In this document: positions 1 through 10,910 of the stretch, one piece after another
How positions within the stretch are numbered: position 1 is the first letter of the stretch
Layout of the letters: every line of letters starts with the position of its first letter
Source of the DNA: the human T2T-CHM13v2.0 reference genome, Homo sapiens
Reading direction: 5' to 3' (one strand)
NCBI RefSeq assembly: GCF_009914755.1
Contig: NC_060933.1
DNA length: 64,000 nt
The notes under the pieces: generated by a model
What the model saw: only the letters and a program-made list of their open reading frames with translations
Told to the model about the DNA's origin: nothing
Databases searched by the model: none
Position numbers and translations under genes: made by a program

Positions 1-1263
1 ATTTATGAATGCCTCAGTCCTTTTGAATCACAATGGCTTCTAATTGTCATACAATTGAAATCTTAATTATTTGTCCATTATAAAAATGCATCATCGTGAT
101 ATTAGATGTTTTTAAAATTTTAACACGCCCAAGACTGGCTGACACTTCTTTATATGACTAGTTTTCATGGCAATGTCAAAGAAAATAGTTATCAATTACC
201 AATGGTGACACATCTTCCGAAAAGCTGAAATAAGCTGCCCCATACCTTTAGAGGTTTAAAATACTGCCTCAAATAACAGTTCTGGGCTAAGATATTTTAG
301 TTACTTTGTCAGTTGTTAGTTCCCTGGGCAGCGATGAAAACTGCCCCCAGGTAAGTCTGTTGGGTCTCGCCGCTTTTCTATTTGACCGTCTGGCTTAAAG
401 TGATACAAATCGTGTTTCTAAAAAGTATAAAACCAGTGTTTTATTTCATAACATTATTCCTAAGGTCTTAGGACAATTCTCAAAGTCGAAAAAAATGACC
501 TTACTTTTACCAGCATTACTTAAAATGCCTTACGAGCTACGCCCAAATATCGTCAAATGAACAGGTTTCCACAAAAGGAACACGTTCTAAAAACTCCTTA
601 ACAATCACCAAGACCAACTAACTCGTGTCAACGTAAATACTGCCTTTGTGGTGCGGTCACTAGAAACCCCAAAGTGCAGCAGGTCACTATGGACCAGGGT
701 TTCAGATCCCCAAATAAAGCAAAGGAATGGGTCCCCGGACCACAACCTCCGACTCGATTCGTCGCCCGCCCACCGCCTGCAGCGCAGTCCAGCGGCGCCC
801 ACACAGACTCGTGCTACAGTCCCCTCGCCCAAGTTCACTGGCTGTTTTTAAAAGCTTAGTCCCCCGTAAAGTCCTCCAAAGCCCGAGTCCACCTCAACGC
901 GCGAGCTGCTGAGAGGGGCTACGGGCACCCCGGGCGGGGATGCCGCACCACAACGGGCACTTGAGGGGCCGCACGGGGCCTCGCACTTACAGGTCCCGGC
1001 CCTGCCCACCCCCCGGCGGCCTTGCCCGGCCCAGCGCCCGCGCTCCGTGCCCAGGGCGCGGGGCTGGGCGCTCGCAGTGGCCGTGGCGAGGGGCCGCTCC
1101 CGGCTCCCACGCCGCCCCGCGACGCCCGCTGCAACTCCGGGCCACTTCTCCAAGGGACGGGGATGTGCGGAGGTTAACTCAAGCCGCTAATTGTCCGCAA
1201 CAAAACAAAACAAAGGCATTTCGGGCCAGAGAGAAAGCTCGAGAAAGCGACCGAGACATGTAC
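1..1263 (-). other. NFIB: Start of NFIB intron 1
   Basis: Follows the CAG|gtacat donor. GC-rich near the donor, becoming AT-rich toward position 1. Confidence 0.9.
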
Positions 1264-1293
1264 CTGAGTGAGACAGATGGGAGAATACATCAT
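1264..1293 (-). CDS. NFIB: NFIB first coding exon (MMYSPICLTQ), phase 0; remaining exons lie left of the window
   Basis: Reverse complement reads ATG ATG TAT TCT CCC ATC TGT CTC ACT CAG|gtacat. MMYSPICLTQ is the recognised NFIB N-terminus (paralogues NFIA MYSPLCLTQ, NFIX MYSPYCLTQ). The GT donor is at 1263-1262, inside a large CpG island. Confidence 0.97.
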
Positions 1294-1925
1294 GACTTCG
1301 CCTTAAAACGCACTTTCCGGGAGATGCCCAAGAAAATCTTCGAGAAGCAAGAATTTCATCTATTCATTTTACAGTCATCTGAGCCCCGCGATGCGATCAA
1401 TCAGGACGGGGCTCTGCGCTGGATCACCGCAACTTCACAACAAACCCAGTCCTCCTTAAATAGCCAAAGATTCAAGTTCACTCGGCGTGCTAGAGTTCCA
1501 GGGGTGAAATCCAATCTACACTTTTAACCCTCTTGCAGTCCGAGCGCGCTGGCCGTGCTTGCCGAGGCCGCCGCCGCCGCCGGTGTTGGCTGCTTTTCGC
1601 CTGGGTTTGGGGATTTGTTTTCTATTTTGCAGTTGTTGTTGTTGTTGGGGTGTAGGGGGTGCGCGAAGGTTCGGTGTGGGTTGGATTGGGGTGGTGGTTG
1701 GTGGTAAAATGCTTTTTCAAAAAAGGCGGGGAGGGGGGCGCGGGAGGGCGCAGGAGGGCGAGCGGGCGGGCGGGAGGGAGAGCGGGGAGAATGTGTCACC
1801 GCGCTGGGAAAGTTCAAGGTTACAGCCCCAAGCACTGCGGCAGGATCCCGGAGTGGTGATCGCAGGCGAAACTTTGCCGCGAGCCGACCATGTGTGTGCG
1901 CGAGGGGCAGCGTGAGCGAGTGCGC
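1294..1925 (-). other. NFIB: 5' UTR portion of NFIB canonical exon 1 (TSS approximate, ~1900-1930 or further upstream)
   Basis: Contiguous with the coding part and upstream of the ATG, within the CpG island. Contains uATGs at 1891, 1378, 1367 and 1359, a (CAA)n tract and a (GGC)n tract. The TSS is inferred, not directly visible. Confidence 0.75.
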
Positions 1926-1951
1926 GCGGGTGGCGGGGCGCGCGCGGGAGA

Positions 1952-2011
1952 GGGCCGGGGTGGGGGCGGGGTGGGATGGGGGAGAAGGGAGAGGCCGGGG
2001 TGAGGGAGGGG
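1952..2011 (+). other. G-quadruplex-forming motif just upstream of the NFIB TSS
   Basis: GGGG-T-GGGGG-C-GGGG-T-GGG-AT-GGGGG plus further GGG runs with short loops. Confidence 0.6.
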
Positions 2012-4869
2012 GCGCGAGCGCTGATCTCTGGGGCGGAAGAGGCTCGCGGCGCGTGGTCCCCGGCAGCAGCAGCCGCCGCCGCCCGCGCCGGGTCTTCGGC
2101 GCCCGGCCGCCCGCCCGCCCGCCTCGCCCCGCGTCTGACCCGGCCGAGCGTGGAGGCTGCTGTTGCCGCCGCTGCCCAGAGCCCAGGGGTATCAAAACGA
2201 TCTCCTGAAAAATTCCAAACGATAAATCCCGCTCTCCCGCTCGGCTCCAAACTCCTCTCTTTTCTGCTCTAGGCTCTTTTTTTTCCCTCCCTCTCTTGCT
2301 TTCTTTCGTTGCAAAACTTGGAAGTTGAAAAATTCACCGGTTCCACCCTCTGGACCCCGCTCGAGCTCTCTCCAAATCAGACTTAAGGATTGTTTTATTA
2401 TTTAATTACACAATCATCGCTTTACTCCTCCTCCTGCAAACGCGCATTCCTTTTGCACCAGCCTCTCCACACCCCCCGCCCCCCCACCTTCCTCCTCCTC
2501 CTCCTTCTCCTTCTCTCCCCCCACCTCTCCCTCATTTGTTAAAGGTATCCTACCGGTGCTACAGAACCATGACTTTTTTTTTTTTTCCAAAATAGCTCTT
2601 CTTTCCGCTGCCCTCCCCACACCAGCACACACATACACACCCCCGAAAACCCGCCCTGGAAGAGGTATTTCGGTGCTCGCTGCGGACTCTTTTAAGCCGC
2701 GGGAACATCCGAGTGGGAGAAGCACCGAAACCGTCTGAGCCCGAGAAAGGAACGAGTGGAAAATTCCCTCACACCCAGGCCGCCCCCAGGCCGGGGCTGG
2801 GGCGCGGACACTCGCACCCGGGGCGGGCTCAGTCCGCGGAGCCTGCGGCTGCCGGGAAAAGGGGGAGGCCGAGCAGGCGGGGACCTGAGCGAACTTGGGC
2901 TCAAGTAGTTGGGGCGCGCCGGCGTGGACCAGGGGGGTGCGGCGCCCAGCCCCCGACGGCCCCGCCCGGAGCCCGGGTTCGCGGATAGGGAGGAGGTGCG
3001 GGTTCGTCCCGGGTCTGCCCACCAGGGGCCCGCACCCGAGGCAGTCGCGGCGCGCGGCGCTTCGCCGCGGTTTGCCGCCCTCCCCGGGGGTGCCCCGTGC
3101 ACGTGGCCTCGCTCTGAGCGGGAGGACCGGGCCGAGCCGCCGCCGCCGCCTCTTGCTCCCTCCACCTCCTCCCCGCGCCCGGCTTCGCTCTCCTCCTCCT
3201 CCTCCTGCAGCCCCGCTGGCTGGCTCCCAATCCCCACCCCCCGGGGCCCGGGGCGCCGGCGGAAAGCGTCTCCCTACCCGCCCGGGTGCAGGCGGGGCGG
3301 GGCCGCGGCGCGCCCGGGGCTGCGGGGCGGGCCGGCGGGCGCGCGCGCGCCGCTGCAGCCCTCCAGAGGCTGCGGGCCCTGAGCCGCTCGGCGCCCGCGC
3401 CGGCTCCCCACCGCGGCGCTGCCCCGCCCCCACCCCGTCGCCCGTGCAGGCTCCGAGTGAATGAACTTGATTCCAGGGATTTTGAAGAAGGCGGTTCGCC
3501 TTGCACCCTTTCTGCACCCCCCGCCCACATACACACACCGCCCCCCAAATCCAGTTTTCTGCTTGGGGTGGATGGGGACGAGGGGGAAGCAAAGGCCTCC
3601 CAGACAATGGAGGGAGGAAAAGTGAGCGCCTGGGGCTCCGAGTCTACCTAGCTGGGGGATCCGGGGGGCGCTGGGGCTACCGGGTCCTCGCGGGCCCATC
3701 CCCAGGGCGGGGCCGCCCCGCTTCCACGGGTACTGCTGGGGCGTTTCGAGGCTCGCCCCCGATTCCCCGGTCCTCTTTCCACCGCTTCCCAGCTCGTGAT
3801 CTGTCCCCTCAACTTTAGCCCCTCTCACTCCCTCTGGTTTCTGTCCACCGTCCCCTCTTCCCTCCCCCAGCGGACCTGGAGGAACCAGTGACTTTTTCCT
3901 TCACCAAGTGGGAGTTATCCACATCAAGCATTTCACAACGACACATCAAGAAAAGTAGGCAGGTTCAAGTCAACCATGAAATGGTCACTTTTTAACCCCG
4001 TCCTGTCCTCATTAGGGAAATGCTCAAACACAGTCCGTTTTCAAAGAGCGCTCTTAATGAGGCGAGCTTGCCAAGTTTACCAGCTGCAGCCCCCGTAAAC
4101 CCAGAGCCCAAAGAAGAAAGGCGCTGGGGGGTGGGGAGTTCGGGAGGCCGGGGACGGGGGCTGCTGGGACTAGGAAGACAGGTAAAGTCGGGGAGATCGC
4201 GCGGACCCCTGCGAGTTAACCCTTTCGGCCACACGCCCTGGGAGCGGCCTCCCTGCGGTCCCCGCCCCTGCCCCGGCAAATCCTGGAGTCAGCGTTCTGA
4301 CAACGTTAATTTCCTTTGTGCGGGTCATTTCTTCTTTTTGAAAAGCTGGGATGAAGTTGGCAGTCTTTATGGATGAAAGAAATGAGGTGACAGGGTTAAT
4401 CCAAGTAAATACTCATTTCTCTCAGAAATTTTAGGCAACCTCATCTTAGATTAAACACACACAGACACACACACACAGAGAAACCACCAGCACGAAAGCA
4501 TCACTTTGTATTGCACATTACACTGCATCCCCTTTCTCACCCTCACCAGATTCTGAGGGGAGGGGGTGGGGAAGCTCTACTGATAATACCAGCTTTAACT
4601 ACTGCAGTTTCCCTTTGAACAAATATTCAATTTAACTGGAGTTAATTTACCATAAAAGACATTCCCCTTGGCAGGAATGCACTAATATCCTTGAACACAC
4701 CTCTTTGAATGCCTGGACTCTCATAGAAGCCATTATTTCGGGGTCTCTTTAAAAATCGAGCGCCCATCTCTCCTTCTCTCCCTCCCTCCCTTCTTCCCTC
4801 CCTCCTCACCACACCACCCCCAGTGAAATCCTGGCACCCAGAGAGCACTCCTTTCAGCCTGAGAGCCCA

Positions 4870-5127
4870 GAACCAGCCGTTGTCCCCTGGCAAAAAGAGG
4901 CCCAGGGCTGAGCCCTGGGCAAGTGTCTCCCGACATCGCTACCCCTCCTCCCTTTATTAGTTTCCCTTTCCCAACAGAAACCATTTCCTTCTGCCACCAA
5001 AACTAGGTTGCATCCAAAAGTTTTTCACAAGCTTAAAAAAGAAAAACGAAAAATTGACAAGTATTACACAGAAGAGCCCACAAAAGCTTCAGCAACACCA
5101 AGGGCGAAGAAGCAGCGTCAGATCCAG
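4870..5127 (+). ncRNA. Probable first exon of an antisense/divergent lncRNA (NFIB-AS1-like); 5' boundary approximate
   Basis: Strong plus-strand donor CAG|GTAAGA at 5128, next to a promoter-like pyrimidine/CpG patch at 4740-4960. An antisense lncRNA in this interval is recalled but cannot be verified here. Confidence 0.4.
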
Positions 5128-8100
5128 GTAAGACCCCAGAGAAGTGAAGACGTCTGGGGCCTCCCAGGCCCATCACTTAGGGGTTCAAATCTCTTTCAAT
5201 TGCCCCACGTTTGAGGGTGCTTATGGCTGGTTGCACTTTGATGACCATAGAGGATGCTTGATAGTTTTTGGTTTTGATTTGTTTCCCAGAAAAAGGAAAA
5301 TGAGATAGGAGTATGGTGAGGCGAGGAAAACCAAAAAGGAATGAAGAGTGAGCAACAGAGACTTCCTGAAAAAGAAGGTTTATGGGGGTGCTCAGTTTCT
5401 ATGGCTTTGACTGTCTTCTCAGGCCTTGCAGCCATGTGGAGAATGGCTGACACCCCCCAAAACACTTCTTCTTGTCCAGCCAATGCCAAGGTCATTGCAG
5501 GCCTTCCCTGGAAGAACTCTAGGGAGTTGTTTGGAAAGAGGGACTGGTGGATTTCGGTGCATGGGATGCCTGGCTTCTCTTAACACAACACTTGTCCACC
5601 ACCTTTGGTTTGAAAATCTCAATCTTTTAAATCCCAGGTAGAAGGAGGAACTGAGAAAGTGCCTGCATTGTATTCACTTTCCATTTTTTCTAGCACGTCT
5701 GTGTCGTGGTATTAAGAGTGGAAATATCTCTGAAAAGCTTCTGATAGTATCAAAATGGGCCAAACACTTCTTAAACTTTGGTACTTACCAATCCTAAACT
5801 CTTCATCTCTCCCTCCCACACTGAGAGGGTTAAAAGCACTGGTGTGACAGGCCACTTTCATTCACCCCAAAACCTGGCTGAGGAGGCAGAAAGAAGTGAA
5901 TGATTCTCTCAGCAACAGGAAACTCTGTTATTTCAGTATTCTTAAAGATCTCCTCCCTAGATCTCCTTGCTGCCTTATAAGGGAAAAAAAAAAGTTTCCT
6001 TTCTAACTAACAGAAAGTTTATTGATTTCTAAATAGAATGCCAGTGCTTCAGCTCACTGGATTTTTCAAAACCCAGTTGTATATTTGAAATAAGCAACGC
6101 TACCACATTTGAGCCTTTCACTACGGATCTCCAGAGAGGAGCTTGACATCTCAAGTATCTAATATTGTTTTTCTTTTAACCTTTTCCTTCCTAAAGAAAT
6201 TGCAGCGACAGGTTGCAAATCCTGGGCAGTTTCATGAAAGATTTCTTGGAACTTAACAAAGCTGTCATTTCCAATACACTCGATGCCTTTTTTTTTTTTT
6301 TTTTTTTTTTTTGGCTCTTGCATGTGGTTTGCAAGAAGGTTCAACTATTCTACACACCCTGGCTGCATCACCAATATCAATATTTAAAAACTAAATGCAA
6401 AAGAGACAGATGACCTCCTGACCCCAGAAAGCAGGCCTGCAAAACTGCAAGTATCTACTGCACCATGCCCTGGGATCTTTCCTTTTTCCAAATGAACCAC
6501 AAAAATCATACATGTGTAGTCTGGAAAACACAAATTTATATCCACAAGGAGGAACACCAAAAATCCACTCATAAATGCATATATAAACAATCAAGAAGTA
6601 TTGAAAGTGCCTGTACTTGATGAGAATTGCAAAATCAATTTTACCAGCTCAGGTAATCAAATTACCCAGCTCTTAAACTACTACTGAGTACTACTACTAC
6701 TGTCTACTACTCTTAAACAAAAAACAAAATCATACCCAGCCCTTAACGTACTACTGTCAAATTAGGGTAGTAATTTTTTCCCCACCAGAGAATTCACAAC
6801 TGGTTAGTTTCCCCACCCCCATTGCTAGCCCTTTGCACTGAAATGAATAAATAACCTTGGACCTTTTTCTCCTCCTCTGGGAGCTATTTGGTGTCCCCTG
6901 AGGACAAAAGTAAATGAGAAAAATGACGCTGTTAATAATGTCACTGCCGAAATGCCTCTACTCCACTGTTTAAAAAAAAAAAAAAAGCATCCCACTAAGT
7001 GTGTCTACATTTCTAGCATATTTACAAGTTATAATACAGTTCTGATCTCAACACCAACTGAGCCAGATTCCTCCACTAAGGTTATCCGGTTTTCACTTCT
7101 CAACAGAGATGAGGCCAGTGCATCAACAGAGATTCCCAACACTGTAAGACACTTGCTTCACAGATTACAAAGTCAGCAGTTGCCCTGTAACTTTTGCATG
7201 ATGTATTTTAAACTTTGAAAATAGAGGTAATAGTTGCCTCACTTATCCACAATGTTACAAAGGTTCCATATACTCTCTCACACAGTGTCTCTTGTCTGCT
7301 GATATTGAGAGAGTTGCAGTTATTGCTCTTTTTCAAAATAGCTGACCTATAAAGTAAAACTATATGACCATTTTATTTCTACAGGTAAACTGGCTTCTAT
7401 TACCCATATACACATGCCTTGTAACATAGGAAAACAGATGGGTTTTTAAGACAGGTATAGAAAGCTCTGTCCAAAATGGCTAAGTAGTCTTTACATTCTG
7501 TATTAAGTATAAAAAGTGCATGGCAGAGCAACTCAAACTTTCTGCACCCCTTTCTCTCATTTCTTCTTTGAAAACTGCATAACAATGCATAACAACAAAA
7601 TTTCAAAGTCAAAGCAATGCATAACAACAGAATTGTGCATTTTAATTTTCAAATTAAAATTTAAGAAACAATTTTGTAATTACAAAGAAAAAACACAAAC
7701 AATTGGGCCTAAACAAAATATATGTTCAGTAAACTTTATCTCTGAGTGTATCTGAAATTTTAACTACACAAGCCAATAAATTTCAAAGCAGTAATATTAT
7801 CAAATTGTGTAATGTCAAAAACTCCAAAAACAAAGTTACAGATGTTCATGACATCACATTCACTCAAAATTATGCTGCTGTTCAGTCTGACCATATTAAA
7901 ATTAAAGGGATGCCTATGTCTGCTAAAGAATAAAAATTTATTTTGGACCTCAAACAATGAAACCGTCACCATTTCTTGTATGGAACACTCAGCTAATCAA
8001 TTTCCTATTAAAATAGCTTTCAACAATACTTGGCTTTAAAATTCATCAGGGCCAGTAAAAACGTTTTCCCAGTGCACAAGAATGCAGTCCCAACCACCGA

Positions 8101-9722
8101 TGATAATTACTGTTCTAATAATTTTATTGCCAAAGTACTTTTTCCTGTGTTCCTCATCACTTAGGCAGGAATCTGTAGTATATTGCGTCAGTGAGTTGGA
8201 GTGCTTGACCTTTGCCCACATATGATTTAATAGGGACTTTTCAGCGCTAGAGCTTTCTCCATCTCTCATACCATTAAATGAAAACATCAAACCTCAAATG
8301 TAAAACTGGAAACCACAACGTTTTGTGTTTCACAAACTCTTTGCAGTTTTTACTTAGGATGCTTAAAGGTCAGTTTCTTTGCCTCACAATGCTTTTCTTC
8401 ATATTGTAAATACACTGGAAAGTCACACTAATTCTGATTTTGATTAAATCTTGAACTCCTCAGTCATATACACACATACACCCTGCTTATTTACACGTGC
8501 ATTCTTTTCTAACCACATAAGCATGCGTGTGTTACTTTCTGGACTTATTCCATTTTAGGGCTGATTTAAATGTCTGTTCAAGTGTGGGATCAAAAGTTAA
8601 CTTTTTCCCGCCTATTGGAAGTTAAAGTTACAAGGATGGTGCTATAAGATCCGTTCAAAGAAAGTCAGAGTTAATCTTGTGTATTTTGGCGCCTTTTCCC
8701 TGCCAGCTACTGTACTTGGGGGGTGGGGGAAAAATACTTAGAGATCTTGTCTGTCCTGTCTCAAGTTCAGTGGCAGTTCTTCCAACCCGAGCAGAAGATG
8801 GCCATGTTCACAGCCCTAATAATAATTCTGATCACGCCACTTCAGCATCTTGTGTCAAAGTCGAAACTGGCTTCCCCGCCCCCTTCAATCTGAAAGCTGC
8901 CAAGTCCTCACACACTTCACATTCAACCACAACTTAATGGATGGGATATTGTGCATTAAAATGTGTCTCAGACGTATTGGGGAAAAGAAGACAAGGAGAA
9001 CGAGAGATAGAGACACACATAGGAAGAGGAAAAAAATCGGCAGCAAAAATAGCGGGGTTGGGGGGAAACTATTAACAGGAGTGGAAAGAAATCCATCAAA
9101 ATCGGTTTTAAAAAGTTGGTGGGGGGTGCGGAAGAAAGGCTAACAATAGGATGCCACAAATTCAGGGATGAGGGGATGGGGGTTAGGACTAAACTTTAGA
9201 ATGAATACTGACTTTAAACATTCCAACACACCAATCAGAGTTAAATAGTACTTCTTTCACTTAAAAATGTATTTTTAAATGAGAATATCTGTGAATTAAA
9301 ATGGAGAAAAGAATGCTTCAAGAGGAGAGAATGGCCTACAAGGTAGAACTAAAGTATCATTTGAACAGTAATTTTTTTCCACCACTGAGGGGAGAGGGGC
9401 ATAAAGCAGAGAGTTAAAGCAGAACAAAATGCTAGATTCTGCACCGTTTGGACCACAATGTTACTCACTGATTCCCGTCATAAGAGTGTGTCACATGTAC
9501 TAAAGTTGCCAACGCTAAATAATAATGCATATTTGCAAATTAGTTCTGCAAATGCAGCACTATAGCCCACAACCTGTAAAACAAAAATGACATTTAGGAA
9601 AGGGGTAAAACAGCCACTTTGCAATCCACAAACAGGAAAAGAAAAACTGTGCCAGGGATAGGAGGGGGTGCAAAGAACGAATAAAAGAAGCAAACAAAAC
9701 CCATCAGTTCAAAGCCACATAC

Positions 9723-9740
9723 CATCGCACTGTATTGCAT
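9723..9740 (-). CDS. NFIB: Alternative NFIB first coding exon (MQYSAM), phase 0
   Basis: Minus strand ATG CAA TAC AGT GCG ATG|gtatgt. Good donor, same phase as canonical exon 1. It is the first AUG downstream of the second CpG island (no other minus-strand ATG between 9741 and ~10100). The terminal ATG would give the MDEFHPF start used by other NFI isoforms. Confidence 0.75.
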
Positions 9741-10049
9741 TAAATAAAAGAGATCTTGAGTCTGTAACAGAACCCTGGGCCGCTGACTTGACGTGTCTCA
9801 GGTACAGATTTGTGGATTTTCTCAGGGGTTGTTTTGGTGTCGCTTTTTGTGTTTAGTTAAAAAAAAAAAAAAAAAAAGCAATCCGGGAGTAGTCTTATGT
9901 ATTTTTTAATTGTAATTTCTGCACTGCCACAGTTCTTGGCCCGAGAAGAAAAGGCGGTCAAAGTCAAGTCTAAAAGCAGGCAGCCCTTCAGTCTGTCTGG
10001 ATTTCCAGCTTTCTTTCCTCTCCCTTGCAGAAGGCTGTTTCTCGTGCTT

Positions 10050-10910
10050 GACTTGAACGCCGTCCAGGATGGTGTGTGTGTGTGCGCCCGCGTGTGCGTG
10101 TGTGCATGTGTGTGTGTGTGTGGTGGGTTTTATTGTTGTTTTAGCGGGGCTGCTCCAGGAGTGGGGCTGCGCCGGTCAGATGCAGCCGGCACGGCCCCGG
10201 GGTCGCGCGATCGCCCCTTCCCCGCCCTCGGATTGGCCTGGCCCGCGGCGGGGCTGCCCCGGAACCGCCACCCAGCAGCGCACCCTTCCGCGCCCGGCCC
10301 GCGCTCCTCCTGCAGTCGCCTCCCTGGCTTTCTCTTTCTCCGGCTCGCGGCCCGCCCCGCCCCACCCTACCACGGCCGGCCTGGGCGCGCGGGAAGCGCG
10401 GCTCTTCGCTTCCGCCTGGCGGCGGGAAGGAAACCGAAAGGAGGAGCCGGGGGCGGGCGCGCCGCGATGCATATTCATCAGGGCGCCCGGGACCCGGGAG
10501 GCGGGAGCGGGCCCGAGTGGGTGTGGCGGCCTGCGCCGCGCGGCGCCCCTCTCGAGCGTGGGTGGGTGCGTGGGTAGCGGTGGGGCTCTGGTCTTTGTGC
10601 GGCCGCATGGGGCCGGAGAGCGGCGAGGGCGTGACCGTCTCGGGGGCTGCTGCCCAGGCTCCGCGCGCCTTTGTGCTTCCCGACCGTGTGTCTGCGGCGC
10701 GCCGCGGGCAAGGGGCCCCTCGCCGGCCTTCTGGAGCAGGAACCCGGCCGAAAACGCCGCGGAAAGACTCTAAAACAACAATAATGATAAAGAATAAGGA
10801 ATTGCTGTTACTTCCTCACTTCCCGCCACGTTGCTGGCTTCAACTTCGCCAGGCCACGTTTGTTTCCGTGTAGGAGGACTCCCGAAATGTTCCTGGCTGC
10901 GCAGCGTTAT
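10050..10910. promoter_or_regulatory. NFIB: CpG island / alternative upstream NFIB promoter
   Basis: Dense CpG. CCAAT box on the minus strand at 10232-10236, GC boxes (~10351-10362, 10452-10458), ETS-like CTTCCG sites, and a POU MORE motif at 10467-10478. Lies just upstream of the MQYSAM exon. Confidence 0.85.
10072..10122. repeat. Imperfect (TG/CG)n alternating purine-pyrimidine tract
   Basis: gtgtgtgtgtgtgcgcccgcgtgtgcgtgtgtgcatgtgtgtgtgtgtgtg, at the edge of the second island. Confidence 0.85.

Larger units (their letters stand above)
740..4330. promoter_or_regulatory. NFIB: CpG island / main NFIB promoter
   Basis: Very high GC and CpG density, many GC boxes (GGGCGG), GCC/CCT triplet runs and G-run clusters. 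Spans exon 1. Confidence 0.93.

Noticed and set aside
348-356. Perfect plus-strand donor CAG|GTAAGT inside NFIB intron 1
   Set aside because: An isolated 9-mer with no supporting promoter or exon evidence within the window.
848-3828. Many long ORFs (up to 397 aa) on both strands of the first CpG island
   Set aside because: Low-complexity R/G/P/A-rich translations, overlapping in all frames and mostly with non-ATG starts. Expected from stop-codon scarcity in GC-rich DNA; no recognisable domain.
9897-10873. 226-aa and 234-aa plus-strand ORFs over the second island
   Set aside because: They run through a TG microsatellite and GC-rich promoter, antisense to NFIB, with no recognisable protein features.
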